Below are positions 12,506 to 23,314 of a stretch of DNA of 64,000 bases, piece by piece; the stretch's first letter is position 1; the number at the start of each line of letters is the position of its first letter. The notes under the pieces were generated by a model. That model worked only from the letters and a program-made list of their open reading frames with translations. It had not been told where the DNA came from and ran no database searches. This stretch comes from Toensbergia leucococca. Its lineage: Eukaryota. Made by a program: the position numbers and the translations under genes. The stretch is taken from NCBI GenBank assembly GCA_022813965.1, contig JALDZS010000010.1:186001-250000 (forward strand). The letters are read 5' to 3'.

Positions 12506-13311
12506 TCACGCCTTCGCCACCTCAGCCGCAACCTTTGCTTTCAGCATCTCCACCCCGGGCGACGGGCGCGCTTCCTCGACCTCGTCTCCGGCATGGCCGT
12601 TGGCGTATTCGTGGGCCATGGGGTCATCCAGCGGACCCGAGGTGGCAGACATGCCTGATATGGAGGAAAGGTTTAGAGCGGAGGAGAGAAGGGTAGGCGT
12701 GTGAAGAGGGGTGGAGGAGCGGGGCATAGGCGTGCTGGGTTGGGAGTTGTGGGCCATTTGGGAGGTTGGGGTTGTTGGTGTGGGAGTGGTTGTGCGAGGA
12801 GAGGCGGTGTTAGTGGCTGGTTCGGTGATGGTGGTGGAGGGGTTTGTCATCGAGGGTTTTGCAGGTGTTGGTGGGGGAGAGGAGGCCGGAGGCGGTTCTG
12901 GAGAGAAAAGGATTGTTAGGTCAATGGGTTTGCTGGTCAGGTCAGGGGGTTGGCGACTTGAGAAGACGTACCTGTTTTAGGAGGGGGTGGGGGGCCAACC
13001 TCTGCTGCTGCTGGTGGTGACGCACTGGTGTTTGGGTTGCTAGCGGGTTGGTTCGATGTAGGTGTCGTTTTTGATATAGGAGTGGGTCTTTCGGGGCTGC
13101 CCTGTGGATTCTTTTTCTTGCGGTTGAAGAGAGATTTGAGGCCTTTTTTGACCTGGGCTAGGGCGTCTGGTGCTGTGGACGGGAAGTAAATTCTTAGTTG
13201 TCTTCAGGGAAGCGAAACGCGTGTAGATAGATGGGTGGGATAGCTTAGGGCAGACGGGTGGAGCTAGTTGCTAAGGATTGTAAGGAATTTATACATACGA
13301 ACTCCAGGCAT
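12506..13311 (-). CDS. Hypothetical Pro/Thr-rich protein, 3 exons (MPGVPPDALAQVKKGLKSLFNRKKK...MSATSGPLDD...)
   Basis: A 13-nt first exon (13299-13311) is followed by GTATGT..CACAG and GTACGT..CTCCAG introns with CTAAG/CTAAC branch sites that join in frame into ORF 12506..12850. Confidence 0.65.
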
Positions 13312-13943
13312 GATGGGCAGCAAACAAGCCGTAAGGTGGATGAAAAGAGGTTAGGGAACAGCTTCCTCGGGCAAAGAAGCTGCCATCAGCTCCTGTACTT
13401 TAATGTAAAAGAGCTGGCTCTTTGTTTTTGGTGAAACATGGCGGGAGGCAGTGTGGCAGGGAGAGAGTAAGCTTGTCGGAGATGAGTGGCACAGTGCACC
13501 AGGATGGCAATTGGCATGGCCGACCGCAGACTGCAGGAAGGGATTGTGATAGGTAGCTTGAAAAGCCTGGCATGAAATAGAATTCTGGTGAAACAAAACC
13601 TATGTTGAGGCTGTGCTAAACTAAGGCGCTTTAATTGTTCTATTTAGTACGATGCACGTGGTGCAAAAGAAAAGGTCCTTGGGCAATTAGGTAAGGTCGA
13701 AGTACTCCGTAACCTCATTCATATATCCACACTCGTACTCCGTACCACCTTTGTGATTGTCAAGTCTTGATGAATCATCTGGTCGTACATTACTTTTACT
13801 TATGTTACTCTTCGACCTTCCTAGTAAACCTTTCCTAAACCTTTCACCCTATTCCCCAAACCCTCCTACCTCAGCCATGAACCTCTGGCTAGAAACATCC
13901 ACATAACGATGTAGAAAGAAACCCATGCATCTACCCACTACAT

Positions 13944-16900
13944 CTAATAGACCTCAAGCACATATCTACCCTGGTCCTTCAATCTCTCAATCTCCTTCCT
14001 TGAATCTACCTTCTTTCCCAACGTCTTTGCATCCCGAGCAATAGCATCCTCAAGCACATTCGTCACATCCGGCACCGGCCATGTCGGTCCACAAAGATAG
14101 AACGCACCTTCTTCCTTAAGATAAGCCTGAATGATATCATTCATCGTCTGCCTCATGCGGTCTTGAATATAGATTTTCTGCGCTTGGTCCCGAGAAAAGG
14201 CACGACCGAGTAAGGTAATTAGTCCCGCCGCTTGGTAAGCTTCCCACTCCTCTCCGTAGCAGTATTCTTCCCGCTGGTGTCTCGAGCCCATGTACAACAA
14301 TACCGCTCCGACCTCTCTGCCTTGAGCCTTCTCCCATGCCCGATGCTGCACAAAGGCCCGGAAAGGAGCGAGGCCCGTACCGAGACCAGCCATGATAAGG
14401 GGCTGCGTCGACTTGGGCGGGAGCTTCATAACGCTAGGCTTGACCGACACCGTAACCGCTGCTCCGACTTTCATCTTGTTGAGAAAGCGGGTCGCTTGAC
14501 CGAATCTATCGCGACCTTTTGGATCTACCCATCCGACCACAACGATCATCAAGGCAACGCTGGTGGGAGTGACTTTCTGGCAAGACGCAATTGAGTATTC
14601 TCTTCTTTTCATCGGACTTACAATGCGAACGATATCATGGAAGCTAGGATGAGCCGAAGGAAATTCTAGTAAGACGTCCGCATAAGTGATGGTGTCAACT
14701 TCGGCCCGCCTCTTGAACTCGTTGGCCCCTTCAGGCCCTCCCAAAGTCAGAAGCTCTTTCTGTTCTTTCGGGTCGTCGGCAAATTCTGCGAGAGCTTCGT
14801 AGAATCGTTTCGGTGGCTTGCCAAAAATATCAATGTTTTGCATCAGAGACTGGTAAATCGTCCGGTTCTCGAGCACCCTTGCGTCTTCCCTGCTGGGTAC
14901 CTCTACAATCTCCTCAGGATTCAATGAGTAGAATTTGATGAAATTTTCAACTTCCTTCTCATCGTTCTCTGCATGGATACCGAGGGCTTCTCCAATCTCA
15001 TATTTCAGCCCAGAATCTCCCAGGTCAAATTCAATGTGGAAAATGTTTCTCTCGTAATTTAGGGGCGTGAGTCGTCGATTTTCTCTGACGCGAACTGTAT
15101 ATGTCTTGACAGCTACATCAGGGCGGAGTGCCGATTTGGTGCCGTACGCTTCCTTGAAAGCTAATCCCTTGGCTGCGATCTCCCGATTTCTCAAAAGCGT
15201 TGGAGGCTCAGCTTCGGTTTTCTCAAAAGCGTTGAAACTGTTCATTTTTATATCGGCTGGCAGACGTGGAACCGTAGCCTCGAGGTCTTCAGTAGCCCAG
15301 GATTCTGGGAGCTCAATCTGGCGCAAGCCCTGATCGAGGCTTTTGGCCATTTCCTCCAATACTTGCGGGCTCCCATTCACTGAAGCCAGTTTCTGTATCC
15401 CAACAGTTTCAAGCGCTGATAGACCGACACGCATGAATGCCACTTGGGTGAGGTACGTCTCGAGCTCAGCATCATTAGCCACGGATTCCACGGCTCGAGG
15501 ATCGAGGACGTAGAGCTGAGCTGTTTTTTCAAGTAAGGCTCTTCGAAATCCTACGGGTAATTTCTTCTCCAGCTCATCATCCTTTACCCCTGGCATTTTC
15601 ACAATGATCTGACCCCATGGTCTAAGCCCCTTGAGGACGTCAACCAGCTTAAGCAAGCTTTCATCCCCAACAAACACCACGTCTGCAGCATCAATCGAGT
15701 AAGAGGCTTCAATGGCTTTCTTGGATTTTCGAATATCCGTCCTGACAACACCACCTTGAAGAAGGTTATCATGTCGAACTTTCACTGTCACGTTATTCGC
15801 AGATTCTCTCGACAATGCCTGTGCAAGAACGACTGATGCATTGCTTGAAGGCGAATCGTCAAGGTCCCAGAATGTGTACTGCTGAGTAGTCGACGGATCA
15901 ATTAATTGCAGATGCGGGTACTCTTCCACCTCGGTGGTCTTCTCTTGAGGATTCAGGACAGGCCTGTTGGTAAGTAATTGAAAAGTAGCAGCAATTGAGA
16001 CTGGTGTCCAGGCTCGTTCTCTCGGATACTTGACATCAAGGATCGTAGGCGTATTAGACCAGTCATCGGAGAAGGTCACAGCAGCCACGACATCCCCATA
16101 CAGACTTGAACGTACACTTGCATCTGCGACTGCGGTGCTGTCGTGCACTTGGCCAAGTACACCGATCGTCTTGGCGGAATTGGGCAACACTCGGAGGAAG
16201 TCTTCCTCGACGAATGGTCGATAAACTCGAACAATCAAGACACCGACCTTTGCACCATCTCTCTCCAGAGATGATGCTACCTGAGCAGCCAACGAAGCCT
16301 CCACAGTACCGAAGACTACCAACACTGAATCAGGTGTTGCATGGCCCTGATACTCAAAGAGGCCGTACGTCGTTCCAAGCTCGTCGTTGAAGGCTTCTAG
16401 CAATTTTCCAACCTTTGAATCCAAGTCCTTTTTCTTGTTGTTGGGGCCTAACGTCTCGTTGAGAATTGATTTGTAGACGTTGAATAATCCAGATTGATCC
16501 AAGACATCAATTATTCTCGTCGTCTCACGTCCAACGCTGATACCATCATAGATGTGAATCGTCGGAATAAAGCTGGCAAGTAAGGTTGCAAAAAGTGCCA
16601 TGTGCTGTGCCTCGTCTGCGGAGAAGCTCGACACTAAGCTAAACCCTAATTCTTCAGCTAATGATAAAGCAGAGGCATAGTCAGTAACCAAGCCCGTTGA
16701 AGATCCTCCCGTGTAGTCAATGGCAGCAACGTGAGCAACGAATGGACTAGCAATCGAGTATAGGAGTGACAATTGATCCAAGCTTGCGCGGAGATACTGA
16801 AGTGTTGAAGATGAGGTCAAAATTGTCTGAGGCACAAAGCGTTTTTTCAGATCAAAGTCTTTCGAGAAAATATATCCAAGAGCCACCGATGCGGCGCCGG

Positions 16901-17222
16901 TTCGTATTTGCATTGACTCGACATTTGTAGGATACCCATAGGCGTTCTGGGATCCATCTTGAAACCACTGCTTAACAGAGAGATCAAGGTCAAAAGTTTC
17001 GGGGGAATAAGTCCACAGTCTGTCGGACAAGGTGTAGGCGACTTGCTGAATGAGGGTCTGAGCTGTCAGATAAGTTGGTCCGTTGATCGAGGGCAACGAA
17101 ACAGCTTGTCCGAAGGGAAAAGTAGAAGATTGCTGAGCGAATTTCTTGAATGGCTTCTCCGGGCCCTGGGAAGGACTTGTTTGTTCTTTAGGGCCATTGG
17201 ATGCAGACTGCTGGAAAAGCAT
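13944..17222 (-). CDS. MET10: Sulfite reductase [NADPH] flavoprotein (alpha) subunit
   Basis: 1092-aa ORF with a pyruvate-flavodoxin-oxidoreductase-like N-terminal half, FAD-binding REYSIAS, NADPH-binding MAGLGTGLAPFRAF, FSRDQ..KIYIQ, YLCGP and C-terminal YVLEVY. Confidence 0.96.
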   Translation of the reverse strand: MLFQQSASNGPKEQTSPSQGPEKPFKKFAQQSSTFPFGQAVSLPSINGPTYLTAQTLIQQVAYTLSDRLWTYSPETFDLDLSVKQWFQDGSQNAYGYPTNVESMQIRTGAASVALGYIFSKDFDLKKRFVPQTILTSSSTLQYLRASLDQLSLLYSIASPFVAHVAAIDYTGGSSTGLVTDYASALSLAEELGFSLVSSFSADEAQHMALFATLLASFIPTIHIYDGISVGRETTRIIDVLDQSGLFNVYKSILNETLGPNNKKKDLDSKVGKLLEAFNDELGTTYGLFEYQGHATPDSVLVVFGTVEASLAAQVASSLERDGAKVGVLIVRVYRPFVEEDFLRVLPNSAKTIGVLGQVHDSTAVADASVRSSLYGDVVAAVTFSDDWSNTPTILDVKYPRERAWTPVSIAATFQLLTNRPVLNPQEKTTEVEEYPHLQLIDPSTTQQYTFWDLDDSPSSNASVVLAQALSRESANNVTVKVRHDNLLQGGVVRTDIRKSKKAIEASYSIDAADVVFVGDESLLKLVDVLKGLRPWGQIIVKMPGVKDDELEKKLPVGFRRALLEKTAQLYVLDPRAVESVANDAELETYLTQVAFMRVGLSALETVGIQKLASVNGSPQVLEEMAKSLDQGLRQIELPESWATEDLEATVPRLPADIKMNSFNAFEKTEAEPPTLLRNREIAAKGLAFKEAYGTKSALRPDVAVKTYTVRVRENRRLTPLNYERNIFHIEFDLGDSGLKYEIGEALGIHAENDEKEVENFIKFYSLNPEEIVEVPSREDARVLENRTIYQSLMQNIDIFGKPPKRFYEALAEFADDPKEQKELLTLGGPEGANEFKRRAEVDTITYADVLLEFPSAHPSFHDIVRIVSPMKRREYSIASCQKVTPTSVALMIVVVGWVDPKGRDRFGQATRFLNKMKVGAAVTVSVKPSVMKLPPKSTQPLIMAGLGTGLAPFRAFVQHRAWEKAQGREVGAVLLYMGSRHQREEYCYGEEWEAYQAAGLITLLGRAFSRDQAQKIYIQDRMRQTMNDIIQAYLKEEGAFYLCGPTWPVPDVTNVLEDAIARDAKTLGKKVDSRKEIERLKDQGRYVLEVY

Positions 17223-17414
17223 GATGCAATTGCAATTACAATGAGATTTGAAGCCAGAAAATGAAGTACAATGTATGTCTTCATGAAAAAGGACGAGCGG
17301 CAGACAGAGGATTGAGGAAAGGAAATATGGGGCAACAAATTTTTCACCGCGTCACTGCCCTCTCAATCTGATTTCAAATAAACTTTTTTTTAAGGTCGCC
17401 GTGCATATTTGAGA

Positions 17415-17448
17415 ATGGCGTGATGGCATGATGGCGTGATTGCGTGAT
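17415..17448. promoter_or_regulatory. Overlapping array of bZIP (CYS3/MetR-like) sites upstream of MET10
   Basis: ATGGCGTGAT, ATGGCATGAT, ATGGCGTGAT and ATTGCGTGAT at 8-bp spacing, ~200 bp upstream of the ATG; similar to the Neurospora CYS3 consensus ATGRYRYCAT. Confidence 0.55.
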
Positions 17449-18533
17449 TATTTCACCCGGTCACCAATACAATACCGGTATCTTGTTTCAACTTTTTTGT
17501 ATTTTAGATCCTTTTCCAAATTCATTGCTTTATTAGTTGTGCAATCTAGTAGATTGAAAGGACATCAGACCTTCAATCTCTGTTCGAGAATTGATTGGTG
17601 CTTCGTTAATAGTTCAGAGTACGACTGTAGAATTCCATTTCACTTAGACCGAGCTACCTACACGTAAAACACTCCTAGCGTGTTCGGTACCACTAGAATA
17701 AGAGATCCCGCGGGGGGGTAATTCCGATCTGATAAGATTGAAAGGTAAAGTAAGATAACAGATCTATAAATTGTTGCCGCTTTTCCGGATGTAATACCTT
17801 GTTTTCGCCACTCAAATCAAGTCAGTGTCCCATGCATTTCCTTGACCATACTTTAGTTTTGTTAGAGAAGATGTGCACAGAATTTTGATAGACAAAGAGT
17901 CTAATACCTGATACATCTCATAGAGAATGATTAAGCGTACACCAGTACTCTCCCGTAGGTGCTGTGAATAATAGGTGTGTACAGTAACGATACCAAGTGG
18001 GCATTACCCGAATGTCTCAGGGAAAAAGCCTCTTGCCTGCCACGTGTGTGGGAGATTACTAAAGTCATTGTGTTACAAAGACAGAATTGCAGCTCGACAA
18101 AAATCTCAGGGCATGCCCGGCTTCCATCATACTACAGACCGAGAAAAAATATTGCCTGTCTGCAAGGTGATCAACGAAAGCGACACTGAAGGGAATTTAA
18201 TAAAGGCTCTTGACAAGTTCGAAAATGGATAAGGTGCCAAAAGTATAGTAGTGTGATATCATCTCGTGCCCAATAGGTGGAGAAGTACCAGAGATATGAA
18301 TGTATCAACTTTTGCTAAGTAGAAAATACTATAGAACGCAGGTACTGGCAGCCATGTTATCCTCAGAACTAGGGAAGAAATTGCCTTGTATCTTCGCTGC
18401 TTCATCTTGCGATGGCGTTTTTCAACTTGACCTGAATGGTTGATGATGCGGGCAGTCTGACAGAAATGGTATGGGATAATTCAATATCCTGAGGATACTA
18501 GTAGTAGAATGACAAGTCAATACAGAGTTCATT

Positions 18534-19314
18534 TCAAGAATGCTCTTCCTCTTTCCAATTCGTCCTCCCTAGCTTTATTATTTCACTTTGACCCACAACC
18601 CAAACGCCCTCATCTCTCTTGCCTTCTACGCAATTCATCCCCGCGACCGCTGCAGCTCTTCCAATAATCTCAACATCCTGTGCCCACCAGTCTGTCAGCC
18701 ATGTTTTACTGATAGCGCCTAATCCTTTGGCGATGCCTCGGAGCACTGCTTCGGCCGGTCTAATGTCTTCTCTACGTCCGATCAGAAGTCCTGGCTTCAC
18801 GATCACAGTATAGGGAAATCTCAACGCCTCAACTGCCTCCTCCAATTCAGCTTTCATCTTGAGGTAACCAAACGGCGAGGATTTGGAAACGCCATCAGAT
18901 GAGATTAGAACATAGACCTTGATTCCGGATTCCTTAGCCATACGGGCAAGTGAAAGATTGAGATCGTAGTCGATAGCGCGCTGGGCTTCAAACGATCCGG
19001 CTATCGCTCTGGTGGTGCCGAGTGCTGAGAGGAAGATATTCGGAATTGGAGTAATAGTTGTTAGAGTTTGAGGCCATTTCGAGCTGTCAGACTCCACGAT
19101 CAGTCTTAGATTAGCCGATGTAGTTCCAAGATCACGACGGGCGATTGCATGTATAGTAGGATGTGACGAGAGAGATAGTAGAGCGGAGACAATTTGAGAG
19201 CCCTACAAGCAATGTCTTAATAAAATATTCGTCGCGATCTTCTAAGACATCAGTGCTTACCACTAGACCTGTGCAGCCAACAAGGGCGGCGGAAGGCGAG
19301 TTACTCTCCGCCAT
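18534..19314 (-). CDS. FMP52: Fmp52/TIP30-like NAD(P)-binding SDR protein, 2 exons
   Basis: MAESNSPSAALVGCTGLV|GSQI (Rossmann motif split by an intron), FLSALGTTRAIAG, IDYDLN, YLKMKAELE and KPGLLIGRRE. Confidence 0.88.
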
Positions 19315-20619
19315 ATTTATGAAGGACTGAGGGCGAAGAGTACACACGCCTGCCCCGCCTAGAGTGAGTTGACGTGCGATTACAATTTGAGGCAGCAGAG
19401 TGGCAGTCAGTACGGTACTCGGCCTTCGCTACGGGTGAAATATCCATGCTGCCAAGTCAGAGTATGCACCTTGCAGTTTCCAAGCTAGAAGGGTTGACCC
19501 CCGAGCCCCCGAACCAGCCAGTCTTATCCCTAAGTGGCCGGTTGGGGGGTGGGGGGTACCTAAACCCTTCCAGATTACCAGGACCATCATTAATCGAAAG
19601 TCGTCATCAGATTCTTCTCACAATTTACCTGTCACTTCCTGAGAGATGACAAAGAGTGACAAGCCTTTCATTCATCCAAGCCATATGTAAAAAATCCATT
19701 CGCTTGGCCTTACTCCTGCATGTTGTGAGGCAGCCGATATTTCCCGGATATTTCCTGACCTGAGGAGAATCTTTGAACTGGATAAGACCGAGTCAGTCAA
19801 CAATCCATGGACCTCACAATTAAGATCAGAAATCATTACTTTCATCAATGAAACTTAGAGCTATCCTTGGTCCACAATTCAGGAATAAGCAATGCAAGTT
19901 CAACTGAGTACCTACCGACGATATGGGTCGCTGTTTCCTTCATATAACAATGTACGATGGGTAGCAGGAGTGATGATCGGACAGTACCTGATTTTACGGC
20001 CAATCAACAGGTCCTCAGCGGCACGGCCCGGCGAGGTAGCCATTAAATTAAGGCTCGAAATATATCTGGATATGTACGTCATAGTGGTGGAACGTTCCAC
20101 CATTTCCTTTTCCCTTGCATGAGCACCTTATCAGTGCATCCAAGGACTCTACCTAATCATATGTATTATCTATGGCTACTTGCCAAAAGTGCTAATCGCA
20201 CAGCATTAATACGCCGCCGGAACACGAGTATCAGACACCCTCACACTTCTGTCGGAGTGTGGGGACATGCTTCGACCAATCACATTCTCTCATTTTGCCC
20301 TTCCACGACGTTGAAGTGTCTTATTAATAGGCCATGCATGTTTCAGTGTTCTCGCCTTTATTATAGTACCTGTTTCGTGGAGAACTTACATTCAACTAGA
20401 GCCCGAATGGCTGGAACAGACAGTACACAACATCTATGAATCCGTACCTCGTTCTCCATCCTCGCCCATCCCAGACTACTATTCTACAACAGTCCACTCC
20501 CTCGCTTTATCTGGGCCGACCGTCACCTCGTCCTTTCACATGTGCTGCGGGGTTGTTGCTTCGAGACTCAGTCTACTTTCAAAATCTTAATTTTTATTTT
20601 TATTCAATACTGCTTCACC

Positions 20620-21975
20620 ATGGACGATAGGGGGGCAAGGGTGAATGCTACTGCCATCACCATGGCCATTTTATCTTTTCTCGCAGTGGTCCTTCGATTT
20701 CTTTCGAGACGTGTTTCGGAGAAAGCTGGATATTGGTGGGATGACTGGGCTTCGCTAGCAGCTCTCGTATGTCTTGATTCTTTTGACTAATAGTGGCTCC
20801 AAGAGAAGTGAACGTACTTACCCTATCATATCCAGCCGTTTGTTCTTTCGATTTGTGCCCTCTCGTTGTATTGGGTTTCGATAGGTCTCGGCCAACATAT
20901 TGACCAAGTCTTAACCCCGGAGTCAACCCTTTTACTTCCCTTGTTCTTATTTGTCTATCTATTCAACACCGCTCTGGCCCTAGCCAAGGCCTCTGTATTA
21001 CTCTTCTATGCTCGGGTTTTCAGGGTTGATCGCTGGTTCTTGATCTCGCTCTGGTTTATGGGAGGATTGGTTATCTCCTGGTGGATCGCCATTGGCTTTC
21101 TCGCTACCTTCAGTTGCACTCCTGTGGCCAAGGCTTGGAACCCGGCTCTTCCAGGGACATGCCTCAAAAACTACACAACATTCATCTCTGCTTCTATACC
21201 CAACACAATCACCGACTTCATTTTGCTGTTATTACCTTCGCCTATGCTATGGAGGCTGCAGATGAAACGGAGACAGAAGCTTGTCTTGGTACTTGTGTTT
21301 TTATGTGGTTACTGGTAAGTCGAGACAACCCTTGTCTAGCTAATATACTGACCACTGGCTGTTAGTGTCGTCATTGTCTCCGTCATTCGTCTAGTATCGA
21401 TTGTTGATCTGGGAGATCGTGTGTTTGAAGACATAACATGTAAGCTTCCTTAGATGACTTCTGTCTTCTGAAATTGCCATATCTAATGTATATCCTTGTC
21501 ATATTAACAGATCCTGAGATCCACTCACTAATAGCTCTATATAGGGAACATTGTGCCCTGCCACATCTACACCATACTAGAATCATCCATCGCCCTCATC
21601 GCAGTCTGCCTCCCAAGTATCTTTCACCTGTTCAAACGGATTATCCGCCCGCACCTCCATAGTGGTACAAAGCTTTCCAAAGTACCGAGTAGTAGATTTT
21701 GCAGCAGATGTACAGCGACCCCAACCGATGGACCAAAGAAACATAGCAAAGGCTTCACGGAGCTTAACAGCGAGGTGTATACAGGGACCTCTGAGGAACG
21801 ACTCTGTGAAAATTCTATTGGGGATATCCCTCACGTACATGCTTCCTATCATCATGGCAGCTCAGACATTGAATTGCCAGATCTGGAACGTGGAGCACTA
21901 GAGAAGAGCATTCATGTATGCAATACTATACAAGTCATTTTCTCACCGAGGGGCACAACTGAAGAAACTGAATAG
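20620..21975 (+). CDS. Pth11-like (fungal rhodopsin-domain) multi-TM receptor without CFEM, 4 exons
   Basis: Motifs VVLRFLSR, WWDDW, GLGQH, AKASVLLFYARVF, FSCTPVAKAW..PGTC, NTITDFILLLLP, WRLQM, IRL and ESSIALIAVCLPS; introns are canonical and in frame. Confidence 0.88.
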
Positions 21976-23314
21976 CGCTGGACGCCCTTAGTAACACCGG
22001 AGACCATCATAAGCCAGGGCTACCAATCACAAGCCCTGGCACTCGATGAAGGATCCTACCCAAGTGTGTAATGAGGAGAATATCCTGATCTATCAAGAGC
22101 CATTGGCTAGCGCTGGACGCATTCATAATTAAAAATACAAACGTGGGGGCTACCGAGTACGAATGCTGGACTTATCGTTGGAAACTTTGTATGAATAGTC
22201 GAAGACATATCCATTAGAAGCGAGTCTTGCTCGCCTGGTAAGTGAACGTATAGTTATTCTATATTAAATTTAAACATAATTAGATACTTAGCCGCACTTT
22301 TGCAACAAGATGAAGATCGCTTTCTTCTTTGATGTACTCACTATTTCCTTGCCCCCGCCCCCCACAATGGACGACCAAGAGTAAGGTACCTTTGATTCAC
22401 CCAGTCAGCAGAGACTAATATGCCGTAGTGGCAGCCCTGACATTTATCTCATTCGCCCCACCCAGCTCTCCATCTTCTTCGCATACCAAAAGATCCATCT
22501 CTGCGGACCATTTCCCCGGCCTGAATCGTGCCCCCACCATCATCTATTGCAAAAAGATGCAAGAAAGGAGGCTTTTTTTCCGGAGGGAGATGGAACCCCC
22601 CCTTTTTGGATATTTCAAACCGGCATGTTACAGTAGATCATTTGCCCCAACTCTGAGCCCCCAATTGAAGTATATGCCTTCAGCAAGTGCCCAGTAGGTA
22701 GACGAAACAGGTCCATTAACGCATGACACTTATTTTTTTCTGATACAATGATTGAGACACCCGTAGATACCTTATTTGACGTAGATTTCCTAGCCCCCAC
22801 ACCCCCCCCTCTTCCCCCCGCCAAAAAAAAGAAAAACTAAAAATCGAGGCTTCTTTGTTCCTTGCCCGCCTTTGCGGCTGAGAACATAATTTGGAGAAAA
22901 AAGAATTTTCAGGAGCCGCCGATCCTGTGCTCGGCAGAGCTTGGTTGAAAGCATGGAGGGAACTGCGAGCCTGCCAGGTACCTTAAGGAGCCGCTCCCTT
23001 AATTGGGTAGGACCCCAGTTGTTCTCAAATATGACGACAAGGCATATCTGAGGTATCTCCCGAAGCCTCGAAGAGAGAAGTATGTCATTGCCTGCCTGGT
23101 TCCTAAAAGCCGGAATAATTCTGGAGAGGTACATGGTGGATATCATAGCGACTTGGCACTTCCTTTCAACAGGTCTAACTCATACATCCACATCTATGTA
23201 CAGCGGCCAGAGGGGCTAATTGTCTATATACTATATTGAAGACACTCATCAGTACTTACTCTCCTTATGAATTCCAACAGAAAGTGTATGAACATGAATA
23301 CCGAACAGGAGTAA

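Noticed and set aside
17975..18232. 85-aa ORF with CHVC motif
   Set aside because: Non-ATG start, no second Zn-ligand pair in a recognisable spacing and no recognisable family.
21973..22155. Twice-repeated TAGCGCTGGACGC and GGGCTACC downstream of the Pth11-like gene
   Set aside because: Too short and degenerate to distinguish from a trivial local duplication; only two units, not an array.
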